Below are positions 1 to 10,328 of a stretch of 64,000 nt of DNA, piece after piece. Under the pieces are notes generated by a model. That model was not told the DNA's origin. It worked only from the letters and a program-made list of their open reading frames with translations, and did no database searches. This stretch comes from an uncultured candidate division Zixibacteria bacterium (GTDB lineage Bacteria; Zixibacteria; MSB-5A5; RBG-16-43-9), in contig OY970208.1 in assembly GCA_963713865.1 (NCBI GenBank), forward strand, positions 992,001 through 1,056,000. The letters run 5' to 3'. Position 1 is the first letter of the stretch, and each line of letters starts with the position of its first letter. The translations under genes and the position numbers were made by a program.

Positions 1-1497
1 AGGCTCTACGATGGACCGCAGACGGGGTACGATAGAGCCAAAGCCATAGCAGTAGATGATTCTGGAAATGTCCATGTGACCGGATTTATAGATGCTACTA
101 AATATGGGGATGGCGGTGATTATGCTACCATAAAATATGACCCAAAAGGGATTAGTCTTTGGCTGGACACCTACAATGGACCAGGAGACTATACAGATGT
201 GGCTACTGATATAGCCGTAGATGATTCCAGTAATGTTTTTGTGACTGGATATAGTTTTTCCTTACCTCTTCCTCTTGGTTCTGGCGACTATTACACTATT
301 GGATATGATAAAGATGGTGGCCTTCTCGGTTATGATAGATACGATGGACCAGCAGGAGGCTCTGATCAGGCTCGTGCAATAGCGGTGGATGGTTCGGGGA
401 ACGTCTATGTGACCGGATATAGCATGGGCGACACAACAGGTTATGATTTTGCCACAATTAAGTACAATCTTTTTCTGTTCAGAACCTGGGTAAAAAGATA
501 CAGCAGCGGAACAGGAGATACCTGGGATGAAGCCACTGCCATAGCTGTAGATGGTTCAGGCAATGTCTATGTGACAGGGTTTAGTGGTGGTTATCCAAAT
601 AATAACTATACGACCATAAAATATAATGCTTCAGGAACTCAGCTCTGGGTGGTTGGTTACAATGGACCGGGAAATGGCGAGGATAAAGCTTATGCAATAG
701 CGGTCGATGGTTCTGGCAATGTTTATGTGACCGGATATAGTGAAGGGAATGGCACAGGAAGAGATTGGGCTACCATAAAGTATAACTCTTCAGGAGTTCA
801 ACAATGGGTAACAAGATACAACGGACCAGGAAACGGCATGGATGAGGCTACAGCCCTTGCCGTGGATAGTTGTGGCAATGTCTATGTGACTGGAGTTAGC
901 GAAGGCGACTATCTCACTATAAAGTATAGCCCTTCAGGTAATTTAGCTTGTTCAGCCTTGTATAATGGTCCCGGAAACGGCTTTGACAGAGCTACTGACA
1001 TAGCTTTGGAGGGTTGTAATAATTTCTTTGTTACCGGATATAGTGAAGGCACTGGCACAAACTACGATTATGCAACCATAAGGTATGATTCTTCATGTAA
1101 TCAAATTTGGGTGAGAAGGTATAACGGATCGGGAAACTCGGGTGACGAGGCCAATGCCATAGCCTTCGGTTTTGCTAAAAATCGCTATGGTAATATCTAT
1201 GTAACCGGGTTTAGCACAGTATCATACACGAACTACACCACTATCAGATATGCTCAGTTTAAATGTGGGGATGCCAATTGCAGCGGCAATGTGTCAGTCT
1301 CAGATGTAACTTATTTAATTAACTATTTATTCCAGGGTGGTCCTCCTCCTTGTCCGATTCTTCAATCAGGAGATGCCAATTGCGATGGAACGGTCTCTAT
1401 ATCAGATGTGACTTATTTGATTAATTATCTTTTTAAAGGTGGTCCTCCACCTTGTGATACAAATAATGATGGAGTTCCAGATTGTTATGGTCCGTAG
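1..1497 (+). CDS. SBBP-type beta-propeller repeat protein with C-terminal dockerin-like domain (5' truncated by window)
   Basis: Frame is open from base 1 (RLYDGPQTGYDRAKAIAVDDSGNVHVT). Repeated AIAVDGSGNVYVTGYS...DYATIKY motifs. Ends with duplicated GDANC..VS.SDVTYLINYLF.GGPPPC. Confidence 0.85.
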   Translation, partial: RLYDGPQTGYDRAKAIAVDDSGNVHVTGFIDATKYGDGGDYATIKYDPKGISLWLDTYNGPGDYTDVATDIAVDDSSNVFVTGYSFSLPLPLGSGDYYTIGYDKDGGLLGYDRYDGPAGGSDQARAIAVDGSGNVYVTGYSMGDTTGYDFATIKYNLFLFRTWVKRYSSGTGDTWDEATAIAVDGSGNVYVTGFSGGYPNNNYTTIKYNASGTQLWVVGYNGPGNGEDKAYAIAVDGSGNVYVTGYSEGNGTGRDWATIKYNSSGVQQWVTRYNGPGNGMDEATALAVDSCGNVYVTGVSEGDYLTIKYSPSGNLACSALYNGPGNGFDRATDIALEGCNNFFVTGYSEGTGTNYDYATIRYDSSCNQIWVRRYNGSGNSGDEANAIAFGFAKNRYGNIYVTGFSTVSYTNYTTIRYAQFKCGDANCSGNVSVSDVTYLINYLFQGGPPPCPILQSGDANCDGTVSISDVTYLINYLFKGGPPPCDTNNDGVPDCYGP

Positions 1498-1604
1498 AAC
1501 GGTATTAATAACATAGAGTTGTAATAGAATTAGTCTCAAGGCAGCTCTTTAAAATGTTCCTGATAATTCTGCTGTTTGAGTAAAGCAGAATGTATAAGTA
1601 AGTT

Positions 1605-1637
1605 AAGTAGTGGCGATCCGATTGGTCGCCACTACTT
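1605..1637. terminator. GTAG-flanked palindrome / probable terminator
   Basis: aagtagtggcgatccgattggtcgccactactt hairpin followed by a T-rich tract downstream of the first gene. Confidence 0.6.
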
Positions 1638-1677
1638 GTTTTGGATTTAGTAAACACCAAATTTAAATTCAGATTTC

Positions 1678-1706
1678 TTGCTAAAAGGTCTTGGTCTTTA
1701 TATATT
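1678..1706 (+). promoter_or_regulatory. sigma70-like promoter of uvrA
   Basis: TTGCTA-N17-TATATT upstream of the uvrA start. Confidence 0.5.
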
Positions 1707-1767
1707 TGAATTTAGAAATTCGTAATTAGAGACGGCAATCTGTTACAGGCAGATAGAACACTTAGGG

Positions 1768-4605
1768 ATGAAAATGCAACAGGAAATTATAAAGATCAAA
1801 GGTGCCAGGGAGCATAATCTAAAGAATATCGATCTGGAGATACCCAGGAATAAATTAGTGGTTATCACCGGCATCTCCGGTTCGGGTAAATCCTCCTTAG
1901 CTTTTGATACTATCTATGCCGAAGGACAGAGAAGATATGTAGAGTCCCTTTCGGCTTATGCCCGGCAGTTCTTAGGCATGATGGAGAAGCCGGATGTAGA
2001 TTTTATTGAGGGACTTTCACCGGCCATTTCGATTGAACAGAGGAGCGCCTCGAAAAATCCTCGCTCCACAGTTGGCACTATAACCGAAATCTATGATTAT
2101 CTTAGACTTCTTTATGCCAGAGTTGGTGTTCCCTATTGTTACAAATGTGGAAGAGAGATATCCCAACAAACCGCAGAGCAGATCGTGGATGCGGTCTTAT
2201 CTTTGCCTCAGAATAGTAAAATCTGGGTCTTAGCCCCACTGGTCAGGGGAAGAAAGGGTGAATACAAAGACCTTTTCGAAGAAGTGAAAAAGGAAGGGTT
2301 TATCCGGGTCAGGGTAGATGGGAAAATATATGAGATAGAAGAGAAGTTAGAATTAGATAAAAATAAGAAACATAATATTGAGGTTCTGGTTGATAGGTTA
2401 TTGGTAAATAATAAAGTTAGAAAAAGATTAGCAGACTCTATAGAGACAGCTATAAAATTAGGCTCTGGCATAGTTTTGATAGATGTTAATAATAAGGAAG
2501 TATTGACCTTTTCTGAAAAATATGCCTGTCCAAATTGTAATATCAGTTATGAAGAACTGACTCCCCGGATGTTCTCTTTCAACTCACCTTTTGGAGCCTG
2601 CCCTGCCTGTTCAGGTCTGGGAACAAAGATGGAAGTTGACCCTGACCTGGTAGTTCCAAATCCAAAGCTCTCTATTGCCCAGGGAGCAATACTTCCCTGG
2701 GGTGTTCCTTTTGGCAGTTATTATATGCACAAGCTAAGAGGCCTTTCCAGCCATTTTAAATTCAACCTTTATACCCCATTTGAGAAATTGAGCAAGGAAG
2801 CGCAAAAATCGATTTTATATGGCACAAAAGAGGAGTTGAAATTTGAGTGGGAATTTGAAAACGGTAAAGGGAAAGGTGAGTATTTCGGAACCTTCGAGGG
2901 GGTGATACCGAATTTAGAGAGAAGGTATGTTCAAACTGAATCTGAAGGGGTAAGGGAATGGATCCAGAAGTTTATGCGCATAAAACCCTGCTTGGGATGT
3001 GAAGGGGCCAGATTAAAAAAGGAAAGCTTAGCGATCAAAGTTGGAAAATTTTCCATAAGTGAGCTCACCGCTTTTTCCATCAAGCAGACTAAAGAATTTT
3101 TCCATAATCTTTCACTTTCTAAGAAAAGCCAGCAGATTGCTAAACAGATTTTAAAAGAGATAAACGAGAGGTTAGGGTTTCTTATTGATGTGGGTCTGGA
3201 TTATTTAACCTTAGACCGGTCAGCCAGCTCCCTGTCCGGGGGTGAAGCCCAAAGGATAAGGTTAGCTACCCAGATAGGCTCAAGATTAGTCGGGGTATTA
3301 TATATCCTGGACGAGCCATCTATAGGTCTTCATCAGAGGGATAACAAGAGGTTACTTAATACCCTTTTAGGATTAAGGGATTTAGGTAATACAGTCCTGG
3401 TGGTTGAGCATGACCGGGAAACAATCGAGACGTCGGATTATGTAATAGATTTAGGTCCTGGTGCTGGTAAAAAGGGAGGGGAAGTAGTTGCCTGTGGTTC
3501 TCCTTTGAGTATCAAAAGAAATAGTAAATCTTTGACCGGGATGTATCTTTCAGGAAAGCTTTCTATTCCTGTTCCAGAAAAAAGAAGGATAGGGAATGGA
3601 GATAGTCTATCCATTGTGGGTGCTTCGGGAAATAATCTTAAAAAGATTAAAGTGGATGTCCCCCTGGGAATTTTTACCTGTATAACCGGTGTATCCGGTT
3701 CTGGAAAATCGACCCTGATTAATGAGACTTTATTTCGTATACTGGCACACTATTTTTATGGATCTAATATACTCCCCCTCAAATATGAGAAGATAACCGG
3801 ACTGGATAAAATAGACAAAGTTATTAATATCGACCAGTCTCCAATCGGAAGAACCCCTCGGTCTAATCCTGCAACTTATACCGGGGTTTTCACTTTTATT
3901 CGCGATCTTTTCTCTCAAGTTCCCGAGGCTAAGGTCAGAGGGTATAAAGCTGGAAGGTTCAGCTTCAACGTCAAAGGAGGGAGGTGTGAGGCTTGCGAAG
4001 GGGACGGGATAATAAAAATCGAGATGCATTTTCTGCCAGATGTTTATGTCCCCTGTGAGGTCTGCAAAGGAAAAAGGTATAATCGTGAAACCCTGGAGAT
4101 AAAATATAAGGGGAAGAATATCGCTGAAGTCCTGGATATGACTGTGGATGAAGCATATTACTTTTTTGAGAATATACCAAATATCCGCAGAAAGCTTTTG
4201 ACCTTGAAAGAAGTTGGGCTTGGCTATATCCATTTAGGCCAATCAGCTACTACCTTATCTGGAGGGGAAGCCCAGAGGGTTAAACTTTCCACTGAGCTTT
4301 CCAAGGTTAGCACTGGCAGGACTTTTTATATCTTGGATGAGCCTACTACCGGCTTACATTTCGAGGATATAAAGATGCTTTTAAAAGTTTTAGACCGGCT
4401 GGTGGAGATGGGAAATACTGTGGTGGTTATCGAGCATAACTTGGATGTGGTTAAAGCGGCAGATCATATCATAGATTTGGGTCCTGAGGGTGGAGACGAG
4501 GGTGGTGAGGTTATCGCCTTTGGCACACCTGAAAAAATAGCACAAAATGGAAGTTCCTATACGGGTAAATTTTTAAAGAAGATTTTAAATCTGAGCGAAA
4601 AATAA
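1768..4605 (+). CDS. uvrA: Excinuclease ABC subunit A
   Basis: [10 protein letters not shown], two Walker A motifs ([16 protein letters not shown]), two LSGGEAQR signatures, zinc fingers, 945 aa. Confidence 0.98.
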   Translation: MKMQQEIIKIKGAREHNLKNIDLEIPRNKLVVITGISGSGKSSLAFDTIYAEGQRRYVESLSAYARQFLGMMEKPDVDFIEGLSPAISIEQRSASKNPRSTVGTITEIYDYLRLLYARVGVPYCYKCGREISQQTAEQIVDAVLSLPQNSKIWVLAPLVRGRKGEYKDLFEEVKKEGFIRVRVDGKIYEIEEKLELDKNKKHNIEVLVDRLLVNNKVRKRLADSIETAIKLGSGIVLIDVNNKEVLTFSEKYACPNCNISYEELTPRMFSFNSPFGACPACSGLGTKMEVDPDLVVPNPKLSIAQGAILPWGVPFGSYYMHKLRGLSSHFKFNLYTPFEKLSKEAQKSILYGTKEELKFEWEFENGKGKGEYFGTFEGVIPNLERRYVQTESEGVREWIQKFMRIKPCLGCEGARLKKESLAIKVGKFSISELTAFSIKQTKEFFHNLSLSKKSQQIAKQILKEINERLGFLIDVGLDYLTLDRSASSLSGGEAQRIRLATQIGSRLVGVLYILDEPSIGLHQRDNKRLLNTLLGLRDLGNTVLVVEHDRETIETSDYVIDLGPGAGKKGGEVVACGSPLSIKRNSKSLTGMYLSGKLSIPVPEKRRIGNGDSLSIVGASGNNLKKIKVDVPLGIFTCITGVSGSGKSTLINETLFRILAHYFYGSNILPLKYEKITGLDKIDKVINIDQSPIGRTPRSNPATYTGVFTFIRDLFSQVPEAKVRGYKAGRFSFNVKGGRCEACEGDGIIKIEMHFLPDVYVPCEVCKGKRYNRETLEIKYKGKNIAEVLDMTVDEAYYFFENIPNIRRKLLTLKEVGLGYIHLGQSATTLSGGEAQRVKLSTELSKVSTGRTFYILDEPTTGLHFEDIKMLLKVLDRLVEMGNTVVVIEHNLDVVKAADHIIDLGPEGGDEGGEVIAFGTPEKIAQNGSSYTGKFLKKILNLSEK

Positions 4606-4632
4606 TAACTAATAACAGATGACGGATAGAAC

Positions 4633-4694
4633 GTAGGGGTGGCACAGCGGTTTTCCCAATTTTTTTAGTAGGGACAGGACATTGTCCTGTCCTT
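4633..4694. repeat. REP-like GTAG palindromes
   Basis: gtaggggtggcacagcgg... and gtagggacaggacattgtcctgtcc. Confidence 0.6.
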
Positions 4695-4877
4695 CTTTTT
4701 AACAAACATTCACACACATATATTTAATTGTACCTCATAATTCTTGGTTGACAATTAAAAATTTCTCAATTTATTAAGGGCATAGTCGAGTCTTATCAGA
4801 GGCAGGATGTTATTGGTGGGATGTTTCTCGCATTACCAGGCAGGTAGCTGAAAGCTTTAACTTGCGAAATAAAAAAA

Positions 4878-4928
4878 CGCAGACATAAAACCTGCGGTAT
4901 GAACCGTGAGGTTCATACCTGCGGCTAC
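4878..4928. repeat. REP-like palindrome containing a nested 20-bp palindrome flanked by cctgcgg direct repeats
   Basis: cgcagacataaaa-cctgcgg-tatgaaccgtgaggttcata-cctgcgg-ctac. Confidence 0.55.
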
Positions 4929-4952
4929 CCAAGCAGATACCAAAGTTCAGTT

Positions 4953-7481
4953 ATGATAAGTAAAACCATTTCACATTACAGAATTCTGGATAAGTTAGGG
5001 GAGGGGGGTATGGGTGTGGTCTATAAAGCCCAGGACACCAAGTTAGATAGAATCGTGGCTTTGAAGTTTCTGCCAAAGCATCTTCTGTGTGATGAAGAAG
5101 CCAAGGTCAGGTTTGTTCATGAAGCTAAAGCTGCATCAGCCTTAAATCACACCAATATCACTATGATTCATGAGATTGATGAATTTGAAGGTGAATGTTT
5201 TATAGCAATGGAATATGTGGAGGGAAAATCAATTAAGGAATTGATCAAAGGGAAGGCCCTCTCGATACAAGATATCTTGAACATCTCTATTCAGATCTCA
5301 GAAGGGTTAAATGCTGCTCATAAGAAGGGTATCATTCATCGAGACATTAAGTCAGACAATATAATGCTTACCGCTGATGGTTTGGTCAAGATAATGGACT
5401 TTGGTCTGGCTAAACTCAGAGGCGTGACAAAGATAACCAAGACGGGGTCAACTCTTGGGACGATGCAATATATGTCTCCGGAACAGGTACAGGGGATAGA
5501 GGTTGACCAGCGTTCAGACGTTTTCTCTTTTGGGGTGGTTTTATATGAGATGATTGCTGGTCAGCTTCCCTTTAAAGGGGAGCATGAAGCAGCAATAATC
5601 TATTCGATTTTGAACGAGACCCCAGAGCCATTGGCGCGATATAAATCGGGAGTAAGCACCGAACTCCAGAACATAATCAATAAGGCATTGGCAAAAGACA
5701 AGGGTTTGCGCTATCAGCACGCCGATGAATTGGCGGCGGACTTGAAGCGGTTGACATCTGCGAGCGTTTCCGTCCCCGCCATACGCAGGCGCGGAGTGCG
5801 AGTACTGTTGGCACTGATTGCCGTGCTTGTGCTGATCTCTGTTGCCCTGACCCTCAAACCCTGGCGGATCGTCATTAAGCCATCCGCGGAGACGGCAACT
5901 GGCCTTAAGCGCGTCGTGGTGGTGCCGTTCCAGAATCAAACCGGAGACCCGTCGCTTAATCCTCTGGGGCGGATGGTTGCAGATTGGACCACTCAGAGTC
6001 TCTTGCAGACAGGCTTGGCTGAAGTTATCCCGCCTGAAAGATTGTCCCAGCTTGAAGAAAATAAGAGTGTTGGCGCAATTGCCAGGTCAACCGGCGCAAG
6101 CACGATTGTGACGGGTTCCTATTATAAACTGGGTAATACCATCCAGTTTCAGGCGAAAATCTTGGATGCCAATGGGAAGATTCTTCAGGCAATTGAACCT
6201 ATTACTTCGCAGGCGGCGAAGATAATGGACGGAGTTGAATCTGTGCGGCAACGGGTGCTGGGTGCTCTTGCCATGGTGCTGGATAAACGGCCGGAAGGAG
6301 CTGTAGAGCCAGCATCAAAGCCTCCAACTTACGAGGCGTATCAACAGTTTATCCAGGGACGTGATCTCTTCTTGAAACAGTTCGACTATCCCGGAGCAAT
6401 TGAGTACTTCAAGCGAGCTTACGCCATCGATACATCATTCCTTTCTCCGTTGGAATGGGCTGGTTATGCGTTTGCGAACCTCGGGCAATGGGCACAGGCA
6501 GATTCCCTGGTGCGATTTCTTAATCTGCGCCGTGATCAACTCACTCCTCTTAGACAATTATATCTCGACCACCTTAGCGGTGTGGTTTCACGTGACCGGA
6601 TGAAAGCTCTGAACGCCATGCGAGAAGCAGCCAAGATCGCGCCTGGGTCTATCGATCCTTATGATTGGGGTCGTGCTGCATATGTGATATTTCGCCCTAA
6701 GGAGGCGATCGAGGCGTTCAAGACGGCTAACCAGGAACAACAATGGCTCCCTTATTGGAATTACTTCACTGCTTCATACCACTCTCTGGGGGAGCACGAG
6801 AAAGAGCTCGAAATTGCCAAACAGGCCCGCAAAAGATTCCCGGACTCTTTCGATGCCTTAAATTATGAAGTCCGTGCTCTCGCCGCTCTGGGGAAGATCG
6901 AGGAGGTCAAGAAACGTATTGAAGAAAGTCTTACTCTTACTAAACCCAGTACTGCAGGCACCCCTGGAGGTACCATGAGAACTGCCGGAGAGGAATTGCG
7001 CGCTCACGGGTATGCAGACGCTGCCACGACAAGTTTTGACCAGGCCATTCAATGGTACAGAAGCAGGCCGGCCGAAGAGATGGATTCCCTCCTTCGTTAC
7101 GGCTATGGCCTTACACTGTATGACGCTCGCAGATGGGAGGAGGCAAAGAGCATTTTCGAGGAACTTGCCAAGAAGTTGCCTGACAACATTGAGTATCAGA
7201 GGTATGTTGGTTGTATAGCCGCCCGGCAAGGTAATCGAGAAAAAGCGTTGAAAGTCTCCGAGTGGCTCAAAAACCTGAAGCAACCATATCTTTTCGGTAA
7301 GCATACCTATTACCGTGCCTGTATTGCCGCGATTCTGGGAGAAAAGGACCAAGCTGTTACCCTGTTGAAGGATAGCTTCTTGCAGGGATACGCTTACGGT
7401 CTCTACTTACATACAGACTTTGATTTTGAATCGTTGTGGGATTACCCTCCGTTTACGGAGCTGTTGAAGCCTAAAGGGTAA
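4953..7481 (+). CDS. Hanks-type Ser/Thr protein kinase with TM segment, TolB/FlgO-like domain and TPR-like C-terminus
   Basis: LGEGGMGVVY, HRDIKSDN, DFGLAK, YMSPEQ; hydrophobic segment then VVVVPFQNQTGD and helical repeats. Start moved to ATG 4953 by comparison with the paralog. Confidence 0.9.
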   Translation: MISKTISHYRILDKLGEGGMGVVYKAQDTKLDRIVALKFLPKHLLCDEEAKVRFVHEAKAASALNHTNITMIHEIDEFEGECFIAMEYVEGKSIKELIKGKALSIQDILNISIQISEGLNAAHKKGIIHRDIKSDNIMLTADGLVKIMDFGLAKLRGVTKITKTGSTLGTMQYMSPEQVQGIEVDQRSDVFSFGVVLYEMIAGQLPFKGEHEAAIIYSILNETPEPLARYKSGVSTELQNIINKALAKDKGLRYQHADELAADLKRLTSASVSVPAIRRRGVRVLLALIAVLVLISVALTLKPWRIVIKPSAETATGLKRVVVVPFQNQTGDPSLNPLGRMVADWTTQSLLQTGLAEVIPPERLSQLEENKSVGAIARSTGASTIVTGSYYKLGNTIQFQAKILDANGKILQAIEPITSQAAKIMDGVESVRQRVLGALAMVLDKRPEGAVEPASKPPTYEAYQQFIQGRDLFLKQFDYPGAIEYFKRAYAIDTSFLSPLEWAGYAFANLGQWAQADSLVRFLNLRRDQLTPLRQLYLDHLSGVVSRDRMKALNAMREAAKIAPGSIDPYDWGRAAYVIFRPKEAIEAFKTANQEQQWLPYWNYFTASYHSLGEHEKELEIAKQARKRFPDSFDALNYEVRALAALGKIEEVKKRIEESLTLTKPSTAGTPGGTMRTAGEELRAHGYADAATTSFDQAIQWYRSRPAEEMDSLLRYGYGLTLYDARRWEEAKSIFEELAKKLPDNIEYQRYVGCIAARQGNREKALKVSEWLKNLKQPYLFGKHTYYRACIAAILGEKDQAVTLLKDSFLQGYAYGLYLHTDFDFESLWDYPPFTELLKPKG

Positions 7482-7501
7482 TGGATTGAGTCAATAATAA
7501 C

Positions 7502-10031
7502 ATGATCGGCAAAACAATTTCACATTATAAGATTTTAGAAAAATTAGGGGAAGGGGGTATGGGTGTGGTTTATAAAGCCCAGGATACCAAGCTTGATCGA
7601 ATCGTGGCTTTGAAATTTCTGCCAAAACGTCTTCTGTGTGATACAGAAGCCAAAGAGAGATTTGTGCTTGAAGCCAAAGCGGCATCTGCTTTGAACCATC
7701 CGAATATCACCACCATTCACGAGATAAATGAAGTCGAGGATGAATGTTTTATTGTAATGGAATGTGTTGAAGGCAAGTCTCTCAAAGAGCTATTGAAAGA
7801 AAAAACATTATCTCTGAAAGAAGTTTTAGAAATTGCCAATCAGACAGCAGAGGGATTGAGTGCAGCTCATAAGAAAGAGATAATTCATCGAGACATAAAG
7901 TCTGATAATATTAAGGTCACAGATGAAGGTTCTGGTCAAGATAATGGACTTTGGTTTGGCAAAGCTCAGGGGGGTGTCTGGACTGACCAAAGCAGGAACA
8001 ACCTTAGGGACGATGCAATATATGTCGCCGGAGCAGGTGCAGGGGCTGGAAGTTGACCAGCGTTCGGATATTTTCTCCTTCGGGGTGGTTTTATATGAAC
8101 TGGTAACTGGACAGCTTCCCTTCAGAGGTGAGTATGAAGCAACCATAATCTATTCGATTATAAATGAAACACCTGAGCCATTGTCAAAGCATAGATCAGA
8201 TGTTCCAGAAGGGCTGCAGAAAATTGTGGATAAAACTCTGGAAAAAGATGTAAATCTGCGCTATCAGAATTTGGGAGAGCTTCTTTTAGATTTTGAGAAA
8301 TTGGTCAAGGGGGAAGAAGTTCAAGGAGTGGCTCCAAAGCGAATGAACTGGACATTTATAGGGATTGGAGCTTTAGCAGTTGCTCTGGCTTTTATTTTTT
8401 TGTTGTTTTTTTTGATTTTCAGAATAGCTCCTCGTGTATCTCCAATACCTGCTGTGGCGGTGCTTTATCTGGAAAATTTAGGGGGAAAGATGGATGACTA
8501 TTTCGCGGCTGGGATGACCGAGGCAATAATCACCGATCTATCTAAATTAGGTGGACTGAGGGTATTATCCAGACCAGATGTTGCTCCTTATAAAGGAAAG
8601 GAAATTAACATAAAGGAGCTGGGTAAAAAGCTCAGTGTGGAATATGTCATTGACGGCTCTATCCAGAGGTCCGATCACATGCTGAGGGTCACTTATCAAG
8701 TTATAAAAACCAGGGACGGTTTTCAGGTATGGACAGATAATATCACCAGGGAGTTGACTAGTATTTTCGAGATCCAGGATGAAGTGGCAGAAAGGGTTGC
8801 TTCTGCGCTGAAGGTGAAGTTATCTCTGGTGGAGAAAAAAAGGATTGAGAAAAAACCGACTGGAAGTATCCAGGCTTATGATTATTATTTGAAAGGGATG
8901 GATTATTTCTGGAAAGGGGGTCAGACGAATTTAGACCTTGCTCTGCAGATGTTCGATAAAGCTTTGGAGTTTGATTCTACTTATGCCCTGGCTTATTCCG
9001 GAATTGGTGAAGTTTATGCGACCAAGTATAATAATCAGAGAATTCTGGATTGGCGTGATAAAGCTGAGAAAATGGCAAAGAAAGCCTTAGACTTAGACCC
9101 GGAGTTAGCCGAGGCACATCTGACTTTAGGCCGGGTTTATGATTTTAAGAAGAAAAGTGAATTAGCAATTGATGAATTTAAGAAGGTAATTGAGCTAAAC
9201 CCCAATAGCAATGATGCGTATAGAAGACTCGGCTATGTTTACCTGTATGGGCTTTCTGATCAGAATAAGGCGATTGAGTTTTTTCAGAAAGCCCTTGAAA
9301 TAAGACCGACAGATACCAGAAGCTATCGAGGGTGGGGTTTATCATATTCATACTTTCGGAAATATGATGAGGCCATAAAAGTAATCACAAAGGGATTGGA
9401 AATGGCACCGGATGATATTTACCTTCTCACCTTTCTAGCAGACATATACCGATATCAAAAGAAATTTGATTTGGCTGAGGATGTTTATAAGAAAGCCCTG
9501 AAGTATTATCCGGATGACCCTACCATATCATACTATATCGGTGGTTTGGTCTATTATTCAAAAAAGGAGTATGATAAAGCCATCGAGGTCTTTGAGAAAT
9601 CGATCAAGCAGGGCCAGTCTGAATTTATGGTTTTGGTCAATATCGGAGCTGCTTACTCTCATAAAGGAGATAAGGAAAAAGCTGAGGTTTTCTTCGACTC
9701 CTCCGTTTCTGCATGCAAAAAGGTTTTAGAAAAAGAGCCGCAAAATGCCTCGGCACTTTCACAACTGGGTCTCTCTTATGCATTCTTAGGCAATGAAAAG
9801 GATGCTATAGAAAATGGAAATCTGGCACTAAAAGCTGAACTGAGTCCTGAGCAGGTGTATAATCTGGCGTGGATTTATGCCATCCTTAAAAAGAATGATT
9901 TAACCTTGAAGAGCCTGGAGCAGGCCTGTGAGAAAGACCCATCATATATTGATATAGCTGCTCTGGAACCTGATTTTGAGAAGCTTAAATCTCACCCCAG
10001 ATTTCAAAAACTTCTGAAAAGGAAATATTGA
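7502..10031 (+). CDS. Ser/Thr protein kinase with TM, TolB-like and TPR domains (+1 frameshift at about 7931, probably an artefact)
   Basis: ORFs 7502-8056 and 7923-10031 join into one kinase (..VTDEG-LVKIMDFGLAK..) if one T is removed from GGTTCTGG. Paralog of the preceding gene. Confidence 0.85.
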
Positions 10032-10069
10032 TAATAACATTTCAGTAAAACCATCGACCAAAACAAAAT

Positions 10070-10265
10070 TGGGTTCGATAAATCGAACCCCTACCTTCCA
10101 CTTTTGTCCATGAAATGGATCCGTAGGATAGTTGCTTGATTTATCAAGCCCATCTATTCTTTAGAAGAATAGTAATGCGACCCTTTCAGGGTCGCAAAAA
10201 AATATAAGGGCAGGCATCCTGGTAAAACCGGATTTCGCTCTGCTCAACAGATGCCTGCTCCTACG
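10070..10265. repeat. Cluster of REP-like palindromes between convergent genes
   Basis: gggttcgataaatcgaacccctac; gcttgatttatcaagc; tgcgaccctttcagggtcgca; ggggcaggcatc...gatgcctgctcctac. Confidence 0.7.
10107..10128 (-). mobile_element. 22-bp micro-element copy (TCCTACGGATCCATTTCATGGA on minus strand)
   Basis: Matches copies at 19464, 35376 and 45623. It splits the G|TAG of a REP-like palindrome. Confidence 0.6.
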
Positions 10266-10328
10266 ACCTCATTTGATCTTTGTTTTTACTTTTCAACTTT
10301 AGACTGTAGCCTTTAGACTTTTGCCTTA

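Noticed and set aside
4511-4717. ORFs 4511-4717 and 41113-41397
   Set aside because: Their peptides (TGQCPVPT, TPHPNPLPQGERE) are translations of REP-like palindromes.
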